Shown: positions 11,575 to 20,861, counted from the stretch's first letter. The stretch: 64,000 nt of DNA from Candidatus Bathyarchaeota archaeon (GCA_963699995.1 CAVOWB010000007.1:4310-68309); one strand, 5' to 3'. Notes: generated by a model not told the origin, from the letters alone. Numbers and translations are program-made.

Positions 11575-13302
11575 ATGACCGAGGACAGACGGCTGTTCTT
11601 CGGCTTCCTGCTGCTTCTGGTGTTAAGCGTTGTCTTTTCCATATTCAGTTTTTTGCCCGTTTTCGGCGTAGGCAAACAAACTAACACAATAATTGACAAT
11701 TCTTTCAGGCTAACGCCGCAGGAAACCTATCGGCAGGGGCTGGGCAGTTTCCACGGCGACGAAAACATAACTGTCTCCGCCGTCTGGGGCACGGATTACC
11801 CCGTAAGTTTCACTCTCCTAACTTACAAGGGACCCCTCTACTCGAGCAATTCAGCATCCGACATTGCATACGAGTTTTCTGCGGGCGCCGATTACTACGA
11901 AGCTGAATTTCGAGCAACTGGTATTTCCTTCACAGAAATTCATTTACAGGTTTCCGTTGCGAAACCCACCGTGGAGTACCCTTTTTCTTGGTTGGGCACG
12001 CCAGCAAAAGTATTGTTCCTAATCAGCTGGGTGGTCATCATGATGTTGATTCTCGGGCCGATAGTCAACAATTCCAACTCTGAGCAAACGATGGTGCCAA
12101 CGCAAAGCCGACCGTTAACGAACCAGAAAAAGAACCTTCCTCTACTGAAACTTGCCATTCTTCTATCCCTGCTGTTTTGGCTGGTCCTCTTGTCTTCAAA
12201 CTCTTATCCGTTAGCAACTTTCGAGAACTGGTACACCGACAATGCACGGCATCCCTACACTTCGGTGCTCTTCACTAAAGTAGGCTTCGCAGTTTTCGAC
12301 ACGCCTTTAGGAACTCTTTCCAGTTCAGATGGCTCCCTGTACAAGTTTGTCACATGGACGGAGATGCCTCACCTTTACCCGCTGGGTAGCCTTTTCCTAT
12401 TTCTACCGTTTGGGGTACTGCTGGAGAACGGCTTCGCGCAGGCGGTCGTCTTCAAGATGGAAATTGCCTTGCTGCTTGGAATTGCCCACGTTTGCCTCTA
12501 TCTTTTCCTGAAACGCTTCTGGAATCAAGAGCTAACCATGTCGCCCCGCGAGTTCTTCTCTACATACTTCCGCAAGCCGCATTTTGGGTTCATCCTAAAA
12601 GCGGCGGGAACATACGTTCTCTACATTGTGTTGGTAGTTTACGCGGCTAATGGTCAGTTCGACTCTGTCGCCTTTCTCTTCGCTCTGGCAGCCACTATGT
12701 TTTTCCTTATGGAACGTTACGACTTATTTCTGGTGCTGGCGGCTGTTTCTTCCACATTCAAATACCAGGCGGGTATATTCCTTCTGCCGCTTGTAATGAT
12801 AAGCCTGAATCGGTTGCTCCAGAATTCCAAACCGGCGAATGTGCTACGAAACAAGGCAATCATGGCTGCGGCTGGGTTAGCTTTTCTGGATTTGTTCACG
12901 GCCGCTTTGAGTGCACCTTTCCTGATGTCGGCACGTCCCGAGCTGATTATGAACGGCGTCAACGCGTTTAGTCCACACGCGCAGAGTCCTTGGGGGTTGC
13001 AGGCTTCCGCGGTGGCGTTCACGCTGGCTGTGACTTTGGCTTCGGCTGTTTACCTTTTGAAGCGGAACCGACTGGTCTCGCTGTTTATGGTTTTCGCTTT
13101 GGTGCCTGCTTTCATGATGCCTTATTTCCAGCCGTGGTACTTGCCTTTCTTCTTCGTTTACCCGTTGATTTCTCAGAGCAAGCAATCGCTTCAGGTAACG
13201 CTGGTTTGGCTGATTTTTATGTCGTTTATCCTCGCGTTCGGCGGCCTAGCCTATAACCCTCTGGCAATTCTGGATAACATCCGTAGAATCCTTGGATTCT
13301 AG
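11575..13302 (+). CDS. Polytopic membrane protein, probable GT-C type glycosyltransferase
   Basis: About 575 aa with many hydrophobic segments and an N-terminal anchor plus a luminal domain. It lies directly downstream of the GT2 gene. The start was chosen at ATG 11575 (the ORF is open from 11518). Confidence 0.5.
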   Translation: MTEDRRLFFGFLLLLVLSVVFSIFSFLPVFGVGKQTNTIIDNSFRLTPQETYRQGLGSFHGDENITVSAVWGTDYPVSFTLLTYKGPLYSSNSASDIAYEFSAGADYYEAEFRATGISFTEIHLQVSVAKPTVEYPFSWLGTPAKVLFLISWVVIMMLILGPIVNNSNSEQTMVPTQSRPLTNQKKNLPLLKLAILLSLLFWLVLLSSNSYPLATFENWYTDNARHPYTSVLFTKVGFAVFDTPLGTLSSSDGSLYKFVTWTEMPHLYPLGSLFLFLPFGVLLENGFAQAVVFKMEIALLLGIAHVCLYLFLKRFWNQELTMSPREFFSTYFRKPHFGFILKAAGTYVLYIVLVVYAANGQFDSVAFLFALAATMFFLMERYDLFLVLAAVSSTFKYQAGIFLLPLVMISLNRLLQNSKPANVLRNKAIMAAAGLAFLDLFTAALSAPFLMSARPELIMNGVNAFSPHAQSPWGLQASAVAFTLAVTLASAVYLLKRNRLVSLFMVFALVPAFMMPYFQPWYLPFFFVYPLISQSKQSLQVTLVWLIFMSFILAFGGLAYNPLAILDNIRRILGF

Positions 13303-13351
13303 CCTGACACTGCAAACATGGCAATTTATCGCTGGAGCCCAAAGAGCTTAA

Positions 13352-14662
13352 TTGCTAAATAACAAATTAAACTCCAAATTGGAAGATTGTCAAAGAGGGG
13401 ATGTTGTGTCTTCTAGAGATTGGGTCTGCGAAGAATTCAACACATTCTACAAGAACCCATCGTACAAGTTCCCCTCCCCTGCCCAATTCAGCCAACGCGA
13501 ATACGCGTTCTTACTCTTCAAAGAAAGAGTTATGGCGCGACACAAGGGCTTTGCGACCCCAACTGCACTCGGTTATTTTCTAAAAGAAAAGACTCCCTCT
13601 GACGTTTACCATAGCTGCGCTTACTACGAGAACCCCGAAGCGGAGATGGAGAAGAAGGGTTGGATGGGCGCGGACCTGGTTTTCGACATAGACGCCGACC
13701 ACATTCCGACACGCTGCGGGAAAATCCACGACGAATGGCACTGCAGTAATCCCGAATGCCTCGTCAGCGGTGGCTTAAGCGGCAAAGGTGTCACACCCGA
13801 GGAGTGCCCAGCGTGTGGTGGCTTCAAGTTCGAAACCAAAACGTGGGCATGCAACCAATGTCTCGAGACAACGCGTGTGGAAACCCAAAAGCTCCTCGAC
13901 ATGCTTATGAACGATTTCGGATTCTCAGGGCACGAGATTCACACGTATTTTTCGGGGCACCGCGGCTATCACATCCATGTCGAAAATGAAGCCGTTAGAA
14001 GCCTCAACGCTATGGCACGCAAAGAAATAGTCGACTACGTTTCGGGCACCGGCTTGGATCTGTTCGACAAGAGACGCCGCGAACGTTTCAAATCCAAGCG
14101 GAAAAAATCCACTGTAGTTTTCAGTTTGGGCGACTACGGTTGGAGAAGGCGCCTCAAGTCTGGAATGCGCCAATTCATCTTGGATGCGAAGAAAGAAGAC
14201 CTTGTCAAGATTGATGTGAAGAACAAAGCCGCAGACATCATCATTAGAAGTAAGGAAACAGTGCTCAGACGTTGTATAGAAGAGAATCGCTGGGAAAGCG
14301 TTAAGGGCGTTGGCTTTGAAACATGGATGCACATTGCTGAGCACATCAAGAACTTGGAAATCGCGCAAATTGACACGGTAGTCACGAGCGACATACACCG
14401 TCTCATCCGTGCGAATGGTACCCTTCACGGAAAAACAGGATTGCTTAAGGCAGAGTTCCCATTGAAGGAACTGGATAGATTTGATCCTTTTGTGGGAGCA
14501 GTAGCTTTTAAAGAGGGCGCTGCAAAAGTTCAAGTCTCTAACGTGCCTGAGTTTAGGATGAGCGGAGAAACGTTTGGTCCATACAAAAACCAGAAAGTCG
14601 AGTTGCCAACCGCCGCGGCAGTTCTACTTGTCCTTAAAGGCAGAGCTGAGGTGCTAAACTAG
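13352..14662 (+). CDS. priS: DNA primase small (catalytic) subunit PriS
   Basis: The catalytic strings DLVFDIDADH and YFSGHRGYHIHV are present. The Cys-rich insert CSNPEC...CPACGG...CNQC forms a Zn-binding module. The start is uncertain (TTG 13352 or GTG 13406). Confidence 0.9.
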   Translation: MLNNKLNSKLEDCQRGDVVSSRDWVCEEFNTFYKNPSYKFPSPAQFSQREYAFLLFKERVMARHKGFATPTALGYFLKEKTPSDVYHSCAYYENPEAEMEKKGWMGADLVFDIDADHIPTRCGKIHDEWHCSNPECLVSGGLSGKGVTPEECPACGGFKFETKTWACNQCLETTRVETQKLLDMLMNDFGFSGHEIHTYFSGHRGYHIHVENEAVRSLNAMARKEIVDYVSGTGLDLFDKRRRERFKSKRKKSTVVFSLGDYGWRRRLKSGMRQFILDAKKEDLVKIDVKNKAADIIIRSKETVLRRCIEENRWESVKGVGFETWMHIAEHIKNLEIAQIDTVVTSDIHRLIRANGTLHGKTGLLKAEFPLKELDRFDPFVGAVAFKEGAAKVQVSNVPEFRMSGETFGPYKNQKVELPTAAAVLLVLKGRAEVLN

Positions 14663-14664
14663 CA

Positions 14665-15231
14665 TTGTACGACGAGCTTTACGCTGCATGGCGACTGGAA
14701 ACAGAAAATTCAGAGTTGGTAAGCTTGTCATCAGATTTCTTCGCCCGAGCCGCAGAGTACCTGCGCAAAATCAAAGAACAAAAGCAGACGCAGGACAAAA
14801 ACGTGTGCGCCAGACTGCTGGAGCACGAAATGGTAAACGCGGTTCGCATGACACAAGAACTCGTTTCCACACGTCATCGAAAACTCCTCAAAATGCTATC
14901 TGCAGGCAAAAAAGTCCCTGTAGAATCCCTAACCTCCGAAGAAACCGCCTTTCACAGCAGCACGGCGCCTTCAGCAGAAGCCTTCAACCGATTCGCGGAA
15001 GGCATCCTGCAAGGCACACTCGTCAAGCTGGATGTCGGAACGGACAAAGCTGAAATGCAAATCATTCGCAAACGAGTTACACTCCGCTTCCTTAAGCCCG
15101 TGCCATCCATCATCGGGTCCGACATGAAAAGCTACGGTCCGTTCATGGTGGAAGATGTGGCTTCGGTTCCTGCGGAGAACGCCAAGATTCTTGTCAAGCA
15201 GGGCTTGGCGAAGATTGTTGAGGTCCAGTAA
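14665..15231 (+). CDS. gins51: GINS subunit Gins51 (Gins15)
   Basis: 188 aa, with an N-terminal helical A-domain followed by a C-terminal beta B-domain. It sits immediately after priS, the pairing described for Sulfolobus gins15. TTG start. Confidence 0.7.
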   Translation: MYDELYAAWRLETENSELVSLSSDFFARAAEYLRKIKEQKQTQDKNVCARLLEHEMVNAVRMTQELVSTRHRKLLKMLSAGKKVPVESLTSEETAFHSSTAPSAEAFNRFAEGILQGTLVKLDVGTDKAEMQIIRKRVTLRFLKPVPSIIGSDMKSYGPFMVEDVASVPAENAKILVKQGLAKIVEVQ

Positions 15232-16198
15232 CTGTGGGTTTTCTAATTTTGCTCCATAAGCTCTGGATAACCAAGACTACTATAGGGTAAGCGACTATCC
15301 ATGAGATAGCGTATATTGGACCTATGTAATTGTGGACGTTCTGCACCTCAAATGATACTTCGCCGTAGAGCATTGCCGTTGTGAAGATGTTCACGATTCG
15401 GAAAGCGTTGATAACGTAGGTTACGGCTGCTCCAAACATGAAGTAGCCAATTTTGGCTTTTAGTGAGACGGGCATGCGTTTGAGGAACAGCAGGATGACG
15501 ATAGTGAAGATGAGGAAACTTTCAATGCCTGCGCAAGGCCATGCAATAGAGAAAGTGACTGAAGTGCCCTGTGGGTTTACCGCCGTGAGTTCTGGCATGT
15601 CCTGCAAGTACGCAATGCTCGTTGAGTAACCCAAGAGGTTTAGAATGGCTGACGCCAGGGCTGTTGTTGTGGGAACGAAAACTTGGAAGGGCGTGAATTG
15701 CCCGTAAGGGAAAACGTTATCAGCAGTGTAAATAGCTCCAACTAGGATGACAAAGAACGCTGGTACTGAGAAAATCTTCACCCCTTTTATTCCAAGTGCG
15801 AGATAAACGATGGCAACGAACAACAATCCAAATGCGATGTACTCGGTTGACAGCGGCATGGAATTTGCCCACTGGATGTGGCTTTGAGCCGCCCAATTGA
15901 AAATGGCATCGTTTAAGCCCCAGTTATAAGAAGCTGCAACGTATACCGTTGGCAGCACCACGGCCACTGTCAGCAAGATGCTTCTGGCTGAAATCAGTTT
16001 GACGGTTTTTATTGGCCACAGGTTTTCCCAATCCAAAATTAGCTCCAGCGCTATGAGCCAAATGAAGAACAGCTGAAATGTTCTGCCCTTCCACATGGCT
16101 TCAAACGTAGCAGGTTCCAAACTGTAGAGCCAAACCAGAGGAACAGCGAACGCAATTAGAGGCAGCAGCTTTAGCAGGAAAAACGAATTTTTCTTCAT
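15194..16198 (-). CDS. Exosortase/archaeosortase family transpeptidase-like membrane protein
   Basis: Polytopic protein with IAWPCAGIESFLIF (a Cys motif like the CSG/CAG motif of exo/archaeosortases), followed by INAFRIVNIF (a conserved Arg). The start was chosen at ATG 16198. The 3' end overlaps gins51 convergently. Confidence 0.65.
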   Translation of the reverse strand: MKKNSFFLLKLLPLIAFAVPLVWLYSLEPATFEAMWKGRTFQLFFIWLIALELILDWENLWPIKTVKLISARSILLTVAVVLPTVYVAASYNWGLNDAIFNWAAQSHIQWANSMPLSTEYIAFGLLFVAIVYLALGIKGVKIFSVPAFFVILVGAIYTADNVFPYGQFTPFQVFVPTTTALASAILNLLGYSTSIAYLQDMPELTAVNPQGTSVTFSIAWPCAGIESFLIFTIVILLFLKRMPVSLKAKIGYFMFGAAVTYVINAFRIVNIFTTAMLYGEVSFEVQNVHNYIGPIYAISWIVAYPIVVLVIQSLWSKIRKPTVTGPQQSSPSPA

Positions 16199-16542
16199 AA
16201 TTTGCAGAATCTTTTGCACCACAGCGACTGTACTGGATACCAGTATTAATTCGGTTTTCTGTCTAAAAAACGATATGCAATTTCTTGTAAGAATCCCATA
16301 TGAGAACACGAAAGCAAGGAAATCATGTTTTGGAGGAACCCAGTCTCCTTCTTTTCCAAATCAATCTGAGTTGGCACTTGAACATGTCCGAACTCAAGCC
16401 CTCGGAAGTGGATTTTCCAAGTAACGCCCAAAGAAACAGTCAAAACAAAATCTACAACAAACAGGTCCGATTTTGACAAACAAAATGCTCCTCAAGCGAA
16501 AAGGTATAAGAATGCGCATGTTTTCTTTATGGAAAGCTGGTA

Positions 16543-16827
16543 GTGAAAATCGTGAACGTTCCCAAGGAAGTAACCACATACTGCCCAAAATGTAAGCAGC
16601 ATCAAGCTCACGCCGTCTCACTGTACAAAGCAGGTAAACGCAGAGCCCTAGCCAAAGGCGAGCGCCACCACGAACGAGAAAAAGAGGGCTACGGAGGACA
16701 AAAATACCCCCTCCAAAAAGAGTTCGCCAAAACCACCAAAAAACAGACTCTCCGCATAAAATGCAAAGTCTGTGGCTTCATGCGTCACAAAGACGGTATA
16801 AGACTGAGAAAACTGGTTATCGGATAA
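16543..16827 (+). CDS. rpl44e: 50S ribosomal protein L44e (eL42)
   Basis: YCPKCKQHQAH...KGERHHEREKEGYGGQ...CKVCG is a characteristic L44e sequence. Confidence 0.9.
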   Translation: MKIVNVPKEVTTYCPKCKQHQAHAVSLYKAGKRRALAKGERHHEREKEGYGGQKYPLQKEFAKTTKKQTLRIKCKVCGFMRHKDGIRLRKLVIG

Positions 16828-16854
16828 ACAATCTTAAGGAGGAAAACAAAACCC

Positions 16855-17052
16855 ATGAGCGAATGGAACAAACTCATCCCCAAACCAAGCAGCGCATTCC
16901 TGCGAGTGAAATGCCCAAAATGCGGCAACGAGCAACTCATCTTCAGCCACGCCGTCAACAAAGTCACCTGCAACGTCTGCAGCGCGGTGCTCGCAGAACC
17001 CACAGGCGGAAAAGTCAACCTTAAAGGCGACGTGCAAGCCGTCTTAGAGTAA
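16855..17052 (+). CDS. rps27e: 30S ribosomal protein S27e
   Basis: FLRVKCPKCGNEQLIFSHAVNKVTCNVCSAVLAEPTGGK is the S27e zinc ribbon. Confidence 0.9.
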   Translation: MSEWNKLIPKPSSAFLRVKCPKCGNEQLIFSHAVNKVTCNVCSAVLAEPTGGKVNLKGDVQAVLE

Positions 17053-17068
17053 GGATGAATTAGGCCAG

Positions 17069-17230
17069 ATGGCTGAGAGAAACCCCGAGTGGTCAGAAGT
17101 TGGCGACTTGGTCATAGCCACGATAGAAACCACCGCGGATTATGGAGCACTTCTGCAAAGAGTCAGCCAACCCGTCGATACAAGAGGTACGAAAGCTGGC
17201 GGTTCAGGCTACCTCAGAAGGGAGAAATAG
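17069..17230 (+). pseudogene. 53-codon remnant at the position of translation initiation factor aIF2 alpha
   Basis: The N-terminus EWSEVGDLVIATIETTADYGALL resembles the start of the aIF2-alpha S1 domain, and the tail KAGGSGYLRREK resembles its C-terminal end. Everything between is missing. The ORF occupies the slot between rps27e and nop10, where aIF2-alpha normally sits. Confidence 0.5.
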
Positions 17231-18177
17231 TGGTTTGGCTCTTGCGCAAATGCGAAAAGTGCGGTAACTACACGCTTAAGAAAGATGTTTGTCCCCACTG
17301 CGGTGGCAAAGTGCACATTCCGCATCCCGCAAAGTTTTCCCCTGACGACAAATACCTAAAGTACAGATTAGCCCTTAAAGAAGCAGCAGGAGCAAGCCGC
17401 GCAGTGAAAGTCACCTACATCAAGGAACTAAAGCCCATCCAAGCGAACAACCCTATTCTCATCGAAGGCTTGCCAGGCTTAGGTTTAGTGGGCAAAATCG
17501 CTATCCGATATCTCATCAAGCAGCTTAAAGCAGAAAAATTCGCTCACCTCTACAGCCCACATTTTCCCTATTTCGTCCTCGTCAACAAGCACGGCAAAGT
17601 GCGTTTGCTGCGTGGCACGTTCTACTACATCAAGAACCCTACTGGCGCTAATGACGTTCTGCTCTTTACGGGAGACAGCCAGTCCCAAACGATTGAGGGT
17701 CAGTACGAAATCGCTGAGAAAATGCTTAGCTTCGCCAAGGAGCACAACGTGCAGACAATCGCCACGATCGGCGGTTACCGGATGGAAACTGAGGGCAAAC
17801 CTAAAGTCATCGTTGCAGGCACTGACCAAGTTATATTGGATAGGGCTCTTGCGGCAGGTGCCATGGTGAGTCCCACGGAAAGTCCTATAGTCGGTACCGC
17901 TGGCCTAATCCTTGGTTTAGCCAGGTTCCAAAAAATCAACGCTCTTTGCTTGTTGGGTGAAACACGCGGTTACTTGCCTGACCCGTTGGCTGCCAGAAGC
18001 GTCGTCGAAGTCTTAAGCAACATGTTTGGCTTAAACATCGATCTTAAGGGCATTGACGAGGAAATCGGCAAGGCTGAAAAGATGGTTGTTCGCCTCCAGA
18101 AAATAGAGGAGACTCGGGAAATGCAGGCTGAGGAAACGCGCAAGGAAGAAGACAAGAAAACTACCTACATTTCATAG
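17230..18177 (+). CDS. nop10: Nop10 (H/ACA RNP) and PAC2-family proteasome assembly chaperone in one continuous open frame
   Basis: From 17230, LRKCEKCGNYTLKKDVCPHCGGKVHIPHPAKFSPDDKYLKYR is Nop10. From about 17404 (an internal GTG), VKVTYIKEL...ILIEGLPGLGLVGKIA... is PAC2/COG1938-like. No stop codon separates the two parts. The GTG at 17230 overlaps the TAG of the upstream stub. Confidence 0.7.
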   Translation: MVWLLRKCEKCGNYTLKKDVCPHCGGKVHIPHPAKFSPDDKYLKYRLALKEAAGASRAVKVTYIKELKPIQANNPILIEGLPGLGLVGKIAIRYLIKQLKAEKFAHLYSPHFPYFVLVNKHGKVRLLRGTFYYIKNPTGANDVLLFTGDSQSQTIEGQYEIAEKMLSFAKEHNVQTIATIGGYRMETEGKPKVIVAGTDQVILDRALAAGAMVSPTESPIVGTAGLILGLARFQKINALCLLGETRGYLPDPLAARSVVEVLSNMFGLNIDLKGIDEEIGKAEKMVVRLQKIEETREMQAEETRKEEDKKTTYIS

Positions 18178-18218
18178 CCGAGAATAAGACTCGAGCTTCC
18201 AAGGGGTTTCTGGGGCGG

Positions 18219-20262
18219 TTAGGTTTTCTTTAGGCGCCCTTCCCCTGGCTCATAAAGTGTGCCCTCACGCAGCAGCTGCCCAATCATCCGTTCAATCTCT
18301 GACCGCGACAGCTTGTGTTTCTCCTCCAATACACTAACCAAATCGTCCTTCTCCACGGTGCCCGTTTCTTTCTCCATCTCAATCACAGCTGACAAAACGA
18401 CCTGCAGTTTGTCGCGGACACTTTTTGGTCGTCCAGTCATGATGAGGTCTATATCCATTTTGTAGCTGCTCATGTCGATGCCCACTTCCTCCAGCGACCT
18501 CTTCATGAGCGTGATGGCTGCTTCTGCGTCGGCGCCCGTGACTTCCTTGCGTAGAGCCGATCTTGCCCGGGCTTCAGCGACGCGCACCAGTGACTCCAGC
18601 TGGCGGGCAGTGATGGCGACTGGTGATCCCTCAGTCTCGCTGGCTGTGCGCATGGCTAAATAGAATTCTCTCAGGCGGTTTAGAGCGTCGTTTGAGAGTT
18701 CTGGCTGGATTGATTTGGAGAAGCTGATGTACTTGCGTAGCAGCTCCGCTTCAACAGGCGCTTCCACAGGGCTTATTCCTCGCTGGTGGATTTCCAAGAT
18801 ATGCTGGCTCATTTTTGCGTCTGCGTCTTTGTTGGGTACGTCTCGGAGCACGAATATGATGTCGAATCTGGAAAGGATGGTAACTGGTAAGCTGATGTTT
18901 TCTGCGACCGTCCGGTTCGGCTCGTACCTGCCCAACGCGGGGTTAGCCGCCGCTAGCACGGCTGTGCGCGCATTAAGCGTTGCCACGATGCCGCCTTTAG
19001 CCACGGAGACAGTGTGTTGCTCCATGGCTTCGTGGATGGCGACGCGGTCTTCAGGGCGCATCTTGTCCATTTCGTCGATGCACGCGACGCCTTTGTCAGC
19101 TAAGACGAGTGCACCTGCTTCAAGGCTCATACTTCCTCCTTTCTCGCGGATGACGGCTGCCGTTAAGCCCGCCGCAGTTGTGCCTCTGCCTGAAGTGTAC
19201 AAGCCACGCGGCGCAACTCTGGACACGTATTGGAGCAGTTGGCTTTTTGCCGTACCTGGGTCACCGATAAGCAGCGCGTTCATTTCGCCTCTGATGCTTA
19301 TGTCTGGCAGTTGCTTGCTACGTCCGCCGCAGAGCAGGTACAAGATGGCTTCTTTGATGTGTTGGTAGCCAAAGATGCTTGGGGCGATGCTGCTCGTGAG
19401 TTTCTTGTGGACTTCTGGGTCTTTGGCTGATGGCGCGTATCTTTTCTTCTTCTTCCTTGGTGATGATGGTGGTTTCGGGTTCCTTGCCCATGACTTCAAT
19501 GCTGTTCGCGTCCAACTGCAAAATGAACGTACGGAGTTTCCCTATGCCCGGGCGCGAAGGCGCGAAAGCGTGCACTATGCCCACGATGCTCACGTGGTCG
19601 CCTGGACGAGCGACATCGACAACTTCGCTGCCGATAAGTTTCACCGCCAACGTTCGCGGAAGCTGCCCAGGTGGCAGATCCTCGGGGCGCTCCTGCAACC
19701 GCAGGTCTTGACTGTCGATGAACATCGAGTCTTCCTGCATGAATTCGAAGGGGCCGTCTTTTCCGCAGTCTGGACTCGTGCACACAGTTGGTGCCTTAAG
19801 GAACTGACCAGACTGCTCAAGGCGACTGACAGTTCCGCAACGCTTGCACTTGAACGCTGCTTGCATAACCATTGGTCGGACCGGCGTGGCGCGTACTACG
19901 ATGGCTTCGATCATGACAAGTTTGCCCATCTGTTTACTGCCGAGTTTGCGGAGCTGTTCCCTGCCTAAAAGCTGGACTACCCGCACTGTGATTTTCGGGG
20001 TTTTCTCCGAGTATTCCCTGTCTTCAATGCTCAACTGTGCGTAAGCTGCGTTGTCCGCGTGCTGCAGGTACTCATCGGGCTTCTCTAGAAGTGTTTCAGC
20101 CAGTTTTTGGTCAAAAGCGAAAAGCTCCTCAAAGTCCACGCTGAACGATTCTTTGCCTTGGATAGCCATTTGGCTGATGCGTTGGCGGTACTTCTCCTGC
20201 TTGAGGAACTCGAGGAAGCGCTCTTGAGGATCCACGGTGTCTTCTCTGGTCATCTGGTTCAT
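18219..20262 (-). pseudogene. mcm: MCM replicative helicase with one +1 frame disruption (real or an indel artefact)
   Basis: ORF 19318-20262 gives the N-terminal and Zn (CKRCG...C..PDC) domains up to ITKEEEEKIRAIS. ORF 18219-19499 continues with AKDPEVHKKLTSSIAPSIFGY, Walker A GDPGTAKSQ and the rest of the AAA+ and WH domains. The junction is near 19420-19430 at a CC run. Confidence 0.85.
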
Positions 20263-20861
20263 CCTTCGGTTTCACGCTGTAGAATCTGGGTTCTCCACTC
20301 GCTGACAATTTTGCCCAACTGCATGTAGATGAGGCGTTCTTCCTCTGTGAGTTTGCTCAGAATCTGTTCTGCCTGGGTTGGTCCAGCTGAGAGCGTTACA
20401 ATCTTCTTAAGCCTAGAGTTTACAATGTCATCCGATAAGTGCTTGGCTTTCTGGTACTCCTGGATTTTCTCCGGTTGTCTGCCCATTTCTGCCTTTAATT
20501 CCGCAAGGTACCTACGGAGTTTAGGGTAGAAGTCTTCTGGCACCTCGCTTATTTGCCCCGCAATCTGCACGCGTTCCTTCCACTGGACTTTGTACAGTTT
20601 TGTGGCGTCGAGATTGTCTTCTTCGCGGAGGTGCACGATGCCTTCTTTGGCTAGTTCTTTGGCAATCCAGTAGTACACTTCGTATTCGTTGCCTTCTTGG
20701 AGGGGTCCGACGGCGATTCCTGCGAGTTTTATTTCGGGATAGTTGCGGTTCGCTATGACTTTGACACGCGTGTGTTCGAATCGGAAATCTAGGTTCTCCA
20801 GTTTCAGCGGCAACGTTTGTTTCCTCAGGACACTTAGCAATGATTTTTTGGGGTCTAACAA
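20259..20861 (-). CDS. gins23: GINS subunit Gins23
   Basis: 200 aa with a B-domain-first, A-domain-second order. Its stop overlaps the MCM ATG (ATGA), the mcm adjacency described for Sulfolobus. TTG start. Confidence 0.7.
   Translation of the reverse strand: MLDPKKSLLSVLRKQTLPLKLENLDFRFEHTRVKVIANRNYPEIKLAGIAVGPLQEGNEYEVYYWIAKELAKEGIVHLREEDNLDATKLYKVQWKERVQIAGQISEVPEDFYPKLRRYLAELKAEMGRQPEKIQEYQKAKHLSDDIVNSRLKKIVTLSAGPTQAEQILSKLTEEERLIYMQLGKIVSEWRTQILQRETEG

Noticed and set aside
13925-14533. 202-aa minus-strand ORF inside priS
   Set aside because: It is antisense to a gene with unambiguous primase catalytic motifs, and its own sequence has no family resemblance.
19400-19440. Programmed +1 ribosomal frameshift in mcm
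   Set aside because: I see no recognisable slippery or stall context. The lesion is a one-base excess in a CC run, like other likely indels in the window. An artefact or mutation is more parsimonious.
18259-19968. Long plus-strand ORFs (18715-19368, 19375-19968 and others) opposite the MCM gene
   Set aside because: They are antisense shadows of a clearly homologous minus-strand gene. Their composition is low-complexity and Ser/Ala/Arg-rich, with no recognisable domains.
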